Of a DNA stretch of 64,000 bases, positions 42,908-56,800 are shown piece after piece. This DNA comes from Octopus sinensis (Eukaryota). The translations under genes and the position numbers were made by a program. Positions within the stretch are counted from its first letter, which is position 1. Each line of letters begins with the position of its first letter. Under the pieces are notes generated by a model, which worked only from the letters and a program-made list of their open reading frames with translations, ran no database searches and had not been told where the DNA came from. The stretch is taken from positions 8,990,001-9,054,000 of the forward strand of contig NC_043021.1 of assembly GCF_006345805.1 (NCBI RefSeq), given 5' to 3'.

Positions 42908-43822
42908 GATACACACACACACACACTTACAGATACACACACACACACTTACAGATACACACACGCACTTACAGATACACACACGCACTTACAGATACAC
43001 ACACGCACATTCAGATACACACACGCACTTACAGATACACACACACACCCCATACACCCCCACACACACATATACCCAGACACCAATACACACAAACATC
43101 GATACACACACCATATATGAGAGAGGGGGGGAGAGAGTATTACGTTAATAAACATTACTGTACCTCTTTGATGTTCCAGAAAAATTGATGATATAAAATG
43201 GCTGAGGATCTGAAGAAAAACAGACACACAGACAGACACATTAATTATGTTGTTATGGTGTGTAAATATATGTTCGTTAACAGACACAATTATAGTAACA
43301 ATGTGTGGTAAGGTGTTTGCTTGTAGAAGTGTGTCTGCATTTGTAAACGTATGAAGGTTACATGTGTGTGTAAGTGTGTGTGTGTTGGTGTGTGTGTTTG
43401 TGTGTGTGTGTGTGTTTGTGTGTGTGGTTGTGTGTGGTGTTTGTGTGTGTTTGTGTGTGTGTTGTGTTTGTGTGGTGTGTGGTGTTTGTGTGTGGTGTGT
43501 GTGTGTGTGTGTGTTGTGTGTGTGTGTGTTTGTGTGGTGTGTGGTGTGTGTTGTGTGTTTGTGTGTGTGTGGTGTTTGTGTGTGTGTGTGTGGTTGTGTG
43601 TGTGTGTGTGTGTGTGTGTTTGTGTGTGTGGTGTTTGTGTGTGGTTGTGTTTGTGTGTGTGTGTTTGTGTGTGTGTGTGGTGTGTGTGTGTTTGTGTGGT
43701 GTGTGTTTGTGTGTGTGTGGTTGTGTGTGTGTGGTTGTGTGTGGTGTTTGTGTGTGTGTGTTTGTGTGGTGTGTGTTTGTGTGGTGTGTGTGTTTGTGGT
43801 GTGTGTGTGTTTTGTGTGTGGT

Positions 43823-43854
<32 letters not shown>

Positions 43855-43901
43855 TTGTGTGTGTGTGGTGTTTGTGTGTGTGTGTGTGTTGTGTGTGTGG
43901 T

Positions 43902-43933
<32 letters not shown>

Positions 43934-44167
43934 TTTGTGTGGTGTGTGTTTGTGTGTGTGTGTTTGTGTGTGTGTGTTTGTGTGTGTGTTTGTGTGTGGT
44001 GTGTGTTTGTGTGTGTGTTTGTGTGTTTTGTGTGTGTGTTTTTGTGTGTGTGTGTTTGTGTGTGTGTGGTGTGTGTGTGGTGTGTGTGTGTGTTTTGTGT
44101 GGTGTGTGTTTGTGTGTGTGTGTTTGTGGTGTGTGTTTGTGTGTGTGTGGTTTGTGTGTGTGTGTGG

Positions 44168-44208
<41 letters not shown>

Positions 44209-47200
44209 TTTGTGTGTGTGTGTGTGTGTGTTGTGTGTGTGGTGTTTGTGTGTGTGTGTTTGTGTGTGGTTGTGTGTGTTTGTGTGTGTGTGTGTTTGGT
44301 GTGTGTGTTTGTGTGGTGTGTGTGTGTGTTTGTGTGTGTGTGTTTGTGTGTGTGTTTGTGTAAACATATGCTAAGTTTACATGTGTGTGAGTCTATACAG
44401 AAATGTATGTGCATGTGTTTGGAGAAATCTGTTTCTGTAGTGTGTGTGTGTAGAATGTGTGTGTGTATAGAAATGTGTGTGTGTGTAGAAATGTGTGTGT
44501 GTGTAGAAATGTGTGTGTGTGTGTGTAGAAATGTGTTGTGTGTGTGTGTAGAAATGTGTTGTGTGTGTAGAATGTGTGTGTGTGTAGAAATGTGTGTGGT
44601 GTGTGTGTAGAAATGTGGTGTGTGTGTAGAAATGTGTGTGTGGTGTGTGTGTGTGTGTAGAAATGTGTGTTTGTGTAGAAATGTGTGTGTAGAAATGTGT
44701 GTGTAGAAATGTGTGTGTGTGTGTATAGAAATGTGTGTGTGTGTGTGTGTAGAAATGTGTTCATAGAAATAAGTATCTATTTGTCAAAATGTGTATATGT
44801 ATGTGAAAACACGTGTGTGTGTGTGTGTGTGTAGGGTGTGAGTGTACTTTCCATTTACTTATTTAGGTCATCAGACTGCGGCCATGCTGGGGCAGCATGC
44901 TGAAAAATGTTTAGTCGGATTAATCAACCCCAGTGATCTTTTTCCTTTTATGCCTGGTACTTATTCTATCAGTCGTTTTTGCTGAACCACTAAGTTATGG
45001 GGATGTAACGAAGTTGCGTCTTATCCTTCCCTTCGAAACGCGGGGTAGATAAAACAGGAGACAACTGATGAAGAGAATGTTCTTTATGTTGCATGTCTCG
45101 TTTCTCTGTCTGCTTTTTTCGTTCTTCGAAAAAAGTTTGTTTTCTATGTTTTTGTTTTTATTGATGTCCTGTACCCACATATGCATGTGGCACGTAAAAA
45201 GCACCATCCGATCGTGGCCGTTTGCCAGCCTCACCTGGCCTCCGTGCTGGTTGCACGTAAAAAGCACCATCCAATCGTGGCCGTTTGCCAGCCTCCTCTG
45301 GCACCTGTGCCGGTGGCACGTAAAAAGCACCCACCACACTCACGGAGTGGTTGGCGTTAGGAAGGGCACCCAGCTGTAGAAACAGATCAGACTGGGCCTG
45401 GTGCAGCCTCTTGGCTTCCCAGACCCCAGTTGAACCGTCCAACCCATGCTAGCATGGAAAGCGGACGCTAAACGATGATGATGATGATGTATATATGCAT
45501 ATATATATATATGACGGGCTTCTTACAGTTTCTGTCTACCAAATCTACTCACAAGGCTTTGGTCGGCCCAAGGCAATTTGTAGAAGACACTTGCCCAAGG
45601 TGCCATGCAGTGGGACTGAACTTGGAACCATGAGGTTGGGAAGCCAGCTTCTGACCACACAGTCACACCTGTGCCTATGACTGTTTATGTTTAGACTGAC
45701 ACTGTAGGGAACCTGGTCAGTTTGAGCATGGAACAAAATATTTGGGCCAGATATGGTTGGCTGAATGCTAAAGGGTCAACAAATGGTTTGTATGTATTTT
45801 ATTGGCTTTTTCGCTTCAATATTAGTTTTTGGGTGATATTTTTTTTTGATTTTTAATTTTATTTTTATGCTTTTAAATATGGTCACTAAGACAAAGTTGT
45901 GTGGAGGCACTGGCTTAGTGGTTAGGATGTCAGCACCATGATCGGAAGATTGTGGTTTCGATTCCTGGGCCGGGCGACGCATTGTGTTCTTGAGCAAAAC
46001 ACTTCATTTCACGTCGCTCCAATCCACTCAGCTGGCAAAAAGGAGTAATGCTGCAATGGACTGGCGTCCCGTCCAGCTGGGGAACACATACGCCATTGAA
46101 ACCGGAAACCGGGCCCATGAGCCTGGCTAGGCTCTAAAAAGGGCGCATTTATTATTATTTAAGACAAAGTTGTATAAATCAACTGCAGCTGAGGTTTACT
46201 TTTACCATCAATTTCTTAAGAAGAAAAAAAAGGAAGAAAAAAGAACAATGTCCAGGTGAGAAAAACGTATTTCAAAATGACATATGCTGAGGTGTGCCTA
46301 TATCTGGGAAACAACAATTGGTTCCAACTTAAAGTGTAGGACAAAAAAGTACAGGCTTTGTCTATTACCGTTGCAATGGAGCACCAACTGTGATGGCTGA
46401 AGGTCCCACTTCTTCCGGGGTGATGAAGTCTTTTCATTAGTTGGAGTCTGCAGCATAGTTGAAGTATATGAAGACACTGATAGGATGTCACCCGGGGCAA
46501 CGTCAGAGGTGACAGGGTTAGCGTTGAGAGTCACGTCCGAAGTGAGTGACTTGTCGTGCAAATAGGAAGAGTATCCGGATACGCTCGATGTTTTTCCGAC
46601 GTCGTCCATGATAGAGGGTGAAAGTAGGATTGTATTTCTGCAACGGTCGAATGAAAATCAATGCAAGATAATAAACACAGCTAAAAGTACATTGCACCAG
46701 AAGGACGATGATGATGATGATGATGCTTTAAACAGCAGGGCCAAATGATCAAGTGAGATAAAAAACAAGAATTTTGTTTTAGTGAATATCTGTAATCACA
46801 TTATCATCCAATGTGTCCTTCTTTTTTAAGACAATAGGATGAGATATGAAGGAGATTTGGCAGCTTTTTCTAGCCAGTGAAAGGACTCTGTGGAGGCTAG
46901 CTCCATATGCAGCTAAAAAAAAAAAGTGCACACTATCAATGCATACATACATATATATATGCACACACACACACACAGAAGTAATGGCACCACTGTGTGG
47001 TCACTGAACTTGTAAGAAATAGCAGCCAAACCTCACTCAAAATATACGAGCGATGTTGCTAGAATGTCGAGTAACATGGTTGCTTGACATTCAAAAAATA
47101 GCAGTCAACTTTCTGAATCTCACATTTGTCTTTTAAACAGGAAGCACATTATATAATGTAGTCCTAGGTAGTCTTTTCCTGAAAAGAAGACAAAGAGATT

Positions 47201-50200
47201 GTGGTGGAACATCTTGCAATACAATGGGTCAACTAATCACAGCTGGCCTAAGATTAAATTACAAAAAACTGGACACCACACCGGACTACACAAATATAGT
47301 TCCTGATATAGGATGGCCATGGTTGGAACACCTGGAGGATGAGTGTGTTCACTGAAGACTGACCCAGAATTAAACAGCACTATTTAATGTTATCAAAAGA
47401 TAAATGATTTAAAATAAAAGACTCAACACATCAGCTAACACACACACACACACAAAAAAAAAATCACAAATGTACACACGCAAACACACGTGTAGACATA
47501 CACACATATGCACATGTACACACACACACACGCAGACATACATATGCACATGTACACACACACACGTGCAGACATACACACATATGCACATGTACACACA
47601 CACATGCAGACATACACACATATGCACATGTACACACACACACACATGCAGACATACACACATATGCACATGTATACACACATGTATTCACACTTACACA
47701 CACATATGTGCGCGCACACACACACACGTGCATTCACACTTACACATACACACATCCACACGTGTGCATGCACACAACCATAAAATCACAAATGCACACA
47801 CATACACATATGCATGTACACACACACATCCACACCACAAACATATAGACCAGTGGTTTTCAACCAGGGTTCCGCTAGTACAGTCCAGGGGTTCCACAAG
47901 AAGTTACAAAACTGCTAAAATCGGCAGTAATTTTTAAGTCTCCTGTGCAGATATGTGTGCATAAGACTATTAAATTATTGCACAGGGGTTCCTCGAGCCA
48001 GTGGAATGTTTCCTTGGAGTTCCGCTCCAGCAAAAAGTTTGAAAAGCACTGATATAGACACATGCATACACACACATGCATACACACACATGCAAACATA
48101 CATACACACATCCACACACAAACAGATAGACATACATGCACACACATACACACAGTACTGGAGAAATAAATATTGGTTGAAGTATTCAGGAAAATAGAAA
48201 CTTACTGTTCGTTGTTCTCAGAAACCGGACTTTGAAGATAATGTCTGCTATGGTTCCACTTGTTCGTTATAACTGCAAAACATATATACACACAGCACAC
48301 ATCATCATTGTATTCTTTTAATTTGTTTCAGTCATTTGACTGTGGCCATGCTGGAGCACCGCCTTTAATCGAGCAAATGGACGCTGGGACTTATTCTTTT
48401 GTAAGCCCAGAACTTATTCTATCGGTCTCTTTTGCCGAACCGCTAAGTGACGGGGACATAAACACACCAGCATCGGTTGTCAAGCAATGCTAGGGGGACA
48501 AACACAGACACACAAACACACACACATACATACATATATATACATATATACGACAGGCTTCTTTCAGTTTCCGTTTACCAAATCCACTCACAAGGCTTTG
48601 GTCGGCCCAAGGCTATAGTAGAAGACACTTGCCCAAGGTGCCACGCAGTGGGACTGAACCCGGAACCATGTGGTTGGTAAACAAGCTACTTACCACACAG
48701 CCACTCCTGCGCCTATATATAAATTCATATCACAACCAAGTGGGTTTCCTTAGCTCAGCCCCAATGCATGGCAATTCTGGGCAAGCCATTTACTATAACC
48801 CTAAACCAACTGTAACAGCATGAAGCTAATGCATGTTAAGGGTGGGGTTTCCCCCGTCACCCATCTGCTTCATATTTATTTGCTAAATGTAAACAAAGTA
48901 TAGGCGCAGGAGTGGCTGTGTGGTAAGTAGCTTGCTAACCAACCACATGATTCCGGGTTCAGTCCCACTACGTGGCATCTTGGGCAAGTGTCTTCTGCTA
49001 TAGCCTCGGGCCGACCAATGCCTTGTGAGTGGATTTGGTAGACGGACACTGAAAGAAGTCTGTCGTATATATGTATATATATATATATATATGTATGTAT
49101 ATGTTTGTGTGTCTGTGTTTGTCCCCCTAGCAATGCTTGACAACCGATGCTGGTGTGTTTACGTCCCCGTCACTTAGCGGTTCGGCAAAAGAGACCGATA
49201 GAATAAGTACTGGGCTTACAAAGAATAAGTCCCGGGGTCAATTTGCTCGACTAAAGGCGGTGCTCCAGCATGGCCACAGTCAAATGACTGAAACAAATAA
49301 AAGAGTAAAAGAATAAAAGAGTAAAGTCGCTGTTCATCATACAAAGACTGTCATTAGTCTGCGGCCTTCTATGAAAACATGACCAGCTGTTGAGCTCTTC
49401 GTGTTGAAATGAACTGAAGGAAATATTACCTTGCTTGGAAACGGATGACAGGTAAAGCTGACTGCGGACCAATTTAAACTCATAACAAAAAGGGCATGAA
49501 CAAATACCACAAGGCATTCAGTTTGCCATGTAACTGGCTCTACTCGTCCACCAGCCTCAAACAATCATAACAACTGATTCCAACATATGGACAAATCAAA
49601 ATCGATCAACATCAATGGAAACTGTAGCTGTGATACCAGTGCCGGTGGCACATAAGAGAACCATCCGAACATGGCCGTTGCCAGCGCCATCCTGACTGGC
49701 CTCTGTGCCGGTGGCATGTAAAAAGCACCGTCCTATCGTGGCCGTTTGCCAGCCTCGCCAGGCCTCCGTGCAGGTGGCATGTAAAAAGCACCATCCAATC
49801 GTGGCCGTTTGCCAGCCTCGTCTGGCCTCTGTGCCGGTGGCACATAAAAAGCACCCACTACACTCATGGAGTGGTTGGCGTTAGGAAGGGCATCCAGCCG
49901 TAGAAACATTGCCAGATCAGACTGGGCCTGGTGCAGCCTTCTGGCTTCCCAGACCCCTGTTGAACCGTCCAACCCATGCCAGCATGAAAAGCAGATGCTA
50001 AACGATGATGATGATGATGATGGACAGACATTTTGACGGTCAGGAGACTGGACACAGTTGATGATATCAACGCCAGTGCTTGACCGGTAATTACTTTATC
50101 CCAAAAAGATGAAATACAGGGTTAACCTTAGTGGGATAATAATTGTCATCCTTTTTGCTAAAGGCACAAGGCCTGATATTTTGTGGGCAAGAGGCTAATA

Positions 50201-53200
50201 CATAACAGCGACCCTAGTGCTCAACTGGTATTTATTTTATTAACCCCCAAGAGGATAAAAGGTAAAGTCAACCTCAGCAGAATCTGAACTCAGATCATAA
50301 AAATGAAGAAACTGCATTTTGTCCGGTATTACTCTTTTACTTGTTTCAGTCATTTGACTGTGGCCATGCTGGAGCACCGCCTTTAGTCAAGCAAAGCGAC
50401 CCCAGGACTTATTCTTTGTAAGCCTAGAACTTATTCTATCGGTCTCTTTTGGGGTGGGGGGACAAACACATGCCAGACAGAATGCTTAGCAATATTTTGT
50501 TTGCCTTTACGTTCCGAGTTCAAATTCCACTGAGGTCGGCTTTCCCTTTCATTATTTTGGGGTCGATAAAGTATTGGCTCCGAAAAGATGAAAGGAAAAG
50601 TTGACCTCGGTGGAATTCAAACTTGGAACGTAGCAACGGGCAAAATATCGCTAAGCATTTCATCCAGCATGCTAACGAATCTGCCAGCTTACCGCTTTAA
50701 TAATAATAAAAATAATAATAAATATAATAATAATAATAATAACAATAATAATAATAAATGCCCCGATGCAGTACCAAGCAGTGGCTCTCATGGCTTCTGA
50801 TCTTAACTGATTGGAAGTGTTATCATGTACATTGTTCTGTCTTGGTATAAAAGATGGGCTACAGCAAATATTCTGCTCAAAACCACAGATTTGCTTGTCA
50901 GTTGTTTGACCTTAATCAGTTGAGCATGTCCCTTAGTGGCTGACGATATGTGCATCTCTGATCACGAGCAGAAATAGTGGGGAGCATTATAGCCATATCT
51001 TGAGAGAGATTCTTTGGGGTTTGAATAATTCACTTCAGGAAACATGTGTGTTTCATTCAACATCCTTAAACAACCCTTATTCAGGGACCTTTTGAGCAAG
51101 ATGAGTTACTCGACCTGAAGAAAATTCTAGCTGGGCCCCATCTGCAAGGTCATGTGCTGTTTATCTTGATATAAGATCACCATGTCGCACACATATGATT
51201 GTGATGCATGTGCCTGGTGTACCCTTATCAGACGGGTAGTCATGATGGGTATACTGGGCTTCGTATATTTTACCTCAGTGTTACTTCGATGGCATGCACT
51301 GCTCTTTCACTCAATAATAATAATAATAATTATGATAATAATAATAATCTTGAATTACCATCATTGCTGTACGTGGATAGTTGAACTGTGAAATTGATGG
51401 TAGACAAATGTCCAAAAAACACAGAAAGACTGCTCTCGCCACAATGATTAAGATAATCTGCAAATATAAATTGAGAAAAACAGATTAATAAACAACAGTT
51501 AATTATTTAATGTTGATAATAAACAGGCATTATTATTACATGATTGGTAATTAACTAAGGGCAGTAAATTTATGTCCTCAAGGTCCAGTTTTTGTTGTGG
51601 TATAGTGTCTTGTGCACCTCAATGACCCCCCAGGAGCGATACTAACAGAACACAAGATCCTTATAGGACCTCGCATGCCGGACAGGTTGACTGATGGACA
51701 GAGGTTAGACAAATATGGACCGCTTCCTCCCAGAGGTAATAATGGGTTTCCACAGAGCCAACATTCTTCCTACCAAAGCAAAGTTAAAAAAAGGAAAATG
51801 CTGATGACAACTGAAAACCAACGAGACTGGGGAGAGAAGATCCTTCCCTCAAGGAACATGTCAGGCCATGACCTGGAACCCACAAGGGAGGCAGAAGAGC
51901 GGATGCCCTAAAAATTGCTGGAGAAAGGATACTGAAGCAGAGCTGAAAAAGCATGGGTCGAATTGGAAAGAAATTAAAAAAGGACAGCCCTGAGTCAAGA
52001 AAAGTGGAGAAAAATTGTTGATGGCCTGTACCCCACAAGGAGCAAAGGGCATAAGTAAATAGTAAAATAACTATACCAGGCCCTTATCAGTGAAGTGAAG
52101 GTGCATGGGTCAGTGATTAGAGTGTTGGGCTCACAATCATAAGGTAGTGAGTTCGATTTCCAGATCGGGGTGTGTATTGTGTTCTTGAGCAAGACACTTT
52201 ATTTCAAGTTGCTCCAGTTCCTTCAGCTGTAGGAAAGGAGTTGTGACATCACTGGTGCCAAACTATATCAGCCTTTGCCTTTCCCTTGAATAACATCAGT
52301 GGCACGGACAGGGGAGGCTGTCCATAAACAGCTTTGCCCAGACTTGTGCCTTGAAGGGAAACTTTCTAAGTGCAATCCCATGGACATTCATGACTGAAAG
52401 GGTTTTTTTTTTACCTATCAGTGAAGGTCAATCATGTATCTATATATGTAGGCACAGGTTTGGAGAAGATGGATTTTATTTTTCTTTGAGAAAGACTGAC
52501 AAATGTCCATCTGTGCAAGTCTCTCCTCCAACACAGCACCTATACTGACCATGGGGATGGTTATCAACATGGATTGCTATAGCTTAAGGAATTACTGTCA
52601 AAAGACAAATAGCCAGATATAATACCACAAGGTGTCTTGCCCAATTGTTCTAATATTATTTCTTTATTGCTCACAAGGGGCTACACAGAGGGGACAAACA
52701 AAGGTATTAAGTTGATTATATCAATCCCAGTATGTAACTGGCACTTAATTTATCAACCCCAAAAGGATGAAAGGTAAAGTTAACCTTGGCGGAATTTGAA
52801 CTCAGAACGTAAAGACAGGTGAAATACCACTAAGCATTTCGCCTGGCATGCTAACTATTCTGCCAGCTCGCCACCTTTTCCTAATACTCTGTCAATCCTC
52901 CAGCAAAGAATGGTAATGTTTTAAGAGTGAAAGGCAAAGTTCACCTTGGTAAAATTTGAACTTAGGAGCACTGAAAATCAGAACAAATACCATGAGACAT
53001 TCTGCTCGATTTTATAAGAACTGTAAATTCACTATAAGAACTGTGAATTAGCCGTCCGCAGGAGCTAGCCTAAAAGTTCGCACAGAGTGTGATGGCCTGT
53101 ACTTCACAAGGAGCATAGGGCTTAAGTAAATAGTAAAATAACTACACTGGGCCCCAATCAGTGAAGTGAATGCCTATGGGTCAGTGATTAGCTAGTATAG

Positions 53201-53753
53201 TTTATAAGCCCAATACAGGTAGAATCAACAAAAAAGTATGCCATCCAGTGAGAGATTTTTTTTTATTTATTTATTTAGTTTCAGCTCACAAGCTGTGGCC
53301 ATGCTGGGGCACCGCCATTTGGTGTTGCTACATGATTTTACTTCACGAATGCTTTTTAGCAATTGCCATCTGGTGCATGAGAGAGTTCGATGCAGCTGCC
53401 CTCATCTGCACCTCCTGCCGTGAAGTTGGTTCATCTGGGACACCTGACAAGAAGAGATCCAGTTTCATTTTAAAGACATCTGCATCCACCCCATGCAGGT
53501 CTCTTAGGTTCTTCGAGATAAATATCAATTTAATACACAACCAAAAGAGCTTAGGCATATTTCTAAAATATATAATATGTATCAAACCAGTTTATTTACC
53601 TTTAATCACTGCTCCTTTATCTTCATCAGCAAATGATGTATTGAACCACACACAATATTTTGAGTTCTGTTTACTGCTTCCGAGTTTTGTCACAATCCTA
53701 ACAAGACAAAATAGTCATAAGTACAGACTACTGACAGAAAATTTACAAACCTA

Positions 53754-53807
<54 letters not shown>

Positions 53808-56800
53808 TATATATATATACACCAACCCATGCTAGCATGGAAAGCAGATGCTAAACGTGATGATGATGATGATATACACATACATACACACACACACATA
53901 TATATATACATATATATACACATACACACACACACATTGGTGTATGTGCACATACACACATTGGTGTATGTGCACATACACACATCTATAATGTATGTAG
54001 CTAACCCCAAAACCAAACTCTCTGTCTGAGACTCACCAATCATACATTCCTTCCATGCTAACATCATTGAGACTGTCAAAAGACTTATACAATTCTACAG
54101 AAAAACCAAGAAAATGTGCAATGGAAATTTAGAGGATGCATTGCAAGCAGGTGTTGTCAAGTGTGTCACACAATAAACTTTGAAACAGTAACAAGAGACG
54201 AGTGGGTGTTGAATTGAGGTAGGATGTCTCACCGTTTCATCTGTTGCCGAGCGACTTCGTCACCATGGTAGATAGAGACGTAGAGAGGTAAACTTGATAA
54301 GGCTGCCTGGTCACATGTCAAAGTTACATCCTAGAGTAAAATAGAGGAAATAAATAAATATATATATACACACACAGATATATATATATATATATGCACA
54401 CATATACACACATAAAACAAAAAAGTAAAGTTCTGTAGTGACGCTATACAGCGGCGCATGCGCGAAGCCCCGGAAGAAGGACCCTTTGCCTACGTGGCAG
54501 TTAGCCGAGGCAGGGGGATCGTAGGACGTTGACCACTAGCGTCCAGCTGCAGTCATTGACTTGAGACAAAGCGACTGAAGGCAACGGACATATATTTTCT
54601 CGCTGTCCCTTCATGATAGCAGTCGGCCGAAGGCTTTAACCAAATTGTTGCAGACAACATCATCTTCCTCTTTCCGGACGCCATATTTGACCAGTGTCGT
54701 TAGCATTTGAACACTGTAGATTCTACAGCGATATAGTTCAGCTCTGACACATCTATACCAAAGGGATACCCAGATATACCTCTTATTTGTTACTGTCATA
54801 AGAGAATAAAGTAGATATATATTATTTACGTCTGCGTCTTGTTGTTTCCGACTGGTAGAGAATCTGGATTATTAAAGCAACGGATAGTGATTGCTTCTCG
54901 CACCCCCAAAAGGTCCAGAGAAGATATTCACACATTTTCGTTACACTGGTGACCCCCGACGTGATTCTGGTCTAAAACCAGAGATCACTTAGCAACAAAG
55001 AAATCCAGTTTTCTGCCAGGTCAGAACACGATTTAACTCTACGCAGTCATCATCTTTCGACGATTTGTTTCCGGTCCCCTCGGACAGTTATAGAAGGAGC
55101 CTTTTTTATTCTTCAACATAATGAGGGACGCCATCATATCATCGATGCTTTTTCTCTGCCTTTGTCATCATCATCGTCGTCTTAGAACTTCACGTCATCG
55201 TTATCTTCGTCGCCATCACCACTAAGAACAATGTTGTCTCAAGTCCACACCACAGTCGCCTCCACCACCAGTCGCCTTCAACACCGTCGACACAACAAGA
55301 TGTAAATAGCAACTCGCGGAAGTTTAGCCCACTTGCTGTTTGTGCATGGCACACCAAGGAATTAACAGCCCAGCACTATCTGCGAGATTCTTCTGTTCCA
55401 GTTAACCTGTCACAGCATTGAAGCCACAACCGTTACACGATATGTGTCCAATCGGCATCTGCATTTGTGATCTCAACATTCTGTTACAGAACGAACTGCT
55501 ATTGTGCATCAGGCTATTACAGACTGGTAAATTAACTCCATTGTCTGAAATAGCCCTGAGAGACATTTTTCCTATGCGCTGTATTTTTATTTTTGCTCGC
55601 ATTCACCTTGTATGTATTTTTGTCGCACACACGTACACACACATAAATGCTATCTCTCTCACATACATACGTCACACATGCTTTTCTCGCTTGTTTTTTC
55701 CATGTTAAATTTGCCTTTTGTGGACACACCTCATTTCTATAGACCCTAGGGGTCACGTATACATAGAGAGGGTTGTTTGTCCATTATAACGCGCCGGCAT
55801 GCCATACTTTTGTTCCTGTACGAACGAGGCATATAATCGCTCAACCACTGGCATATTCATTGCTGTTTTTTCGGTCTGGCAAGCCCTATTGCATTTCATG
55901 CGCCTTTGCTCCGCACGTGTACTGCCTTGTTTTTTGCAACACGTTTGCGTTAGCTTAATTCTTTTCCCGACTCATAGAACGTCGGATGTTCACATGCGCT
56001 GCGCCTATGCATAGGCGTAATTTTTTCCCTGTTAGACCCCTGTTGGTCACGTAATTAACAGAGAAAATTATCTGTGTCGCGCATCACACCAGCATGTTTG
56101 CACTTTTGCCTTTGTGTTACTAGCGATCTATCTGTCGATTCCATTTCCTCTCCTGCAGCAATTGATTTAACTGCTATTTCGCAGGACCAACTACCTTTAG
56201 AGAAGTTGGATTTAATTTCGCCTAGGTTCATTAACTGTGAGTTTGCTTTCCTTCAGCGGAAGGCTCTATACTTTGTGACGTATCCACCTTCACGCATGCA
56301 CTTTTGATTTTTGCTCATTTTGAGTATTTTTACTCTTTTTTCCTTTTGGTAAATTTCTTGTGTATGATGTAAATTTTGCCATTTTTATTATATTGTGTAC
56401 TATTTGGTTATCTGGTATCCACCTAGAGTTTTATAGTCACTACAAGGAATTTTGTGTCGTGCTTCGCACTGGGGTGGAGCTCTGTAGTGACGCTATACAG
56501 CGGCGCATGCGCGAAGCCCCGGAAGAAGGACCCTTTGCCTACGTGGCAGTTAGCCGAGGCAGGGGGATCGTAGGACGTTGACCACTAGCGTCCAGCTGCA
56601 GTCATTGACTTGAGACAAAGCGACTGAAGGCAACGGACATATATTTTCTCGCTGTCCCTTTATGATAGCAGTCGGCCGAAGGCTTTAACCAAATTGTTGC
56701 AGACAACATCATCTTCCTCTTTCCGGACGCCATCTTTGACCAGTGTCGTTAGCATTTGAACACTGTAGATTCTACAGCGATATAGTTCAGCTCTGACACA

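Noticed and set aside
42949-44610. ORFs of 329-472 aa (HT/CV-rich)
   Set aside because: Translations of a degenerate (GT)n satellite with no stops by composition; the real 46-nt exon at 43164-43209 is in a different context.
49337-49564. ORF ...TWQTECLVV...HPFPSKVIFPSV as a CEP192 exon
   Set aside because: There is a gtaata donor but no good acceptor in a compatible phase; exon 51373-51457 already joins 53600 to 46637 in frame and matches the expected motif.
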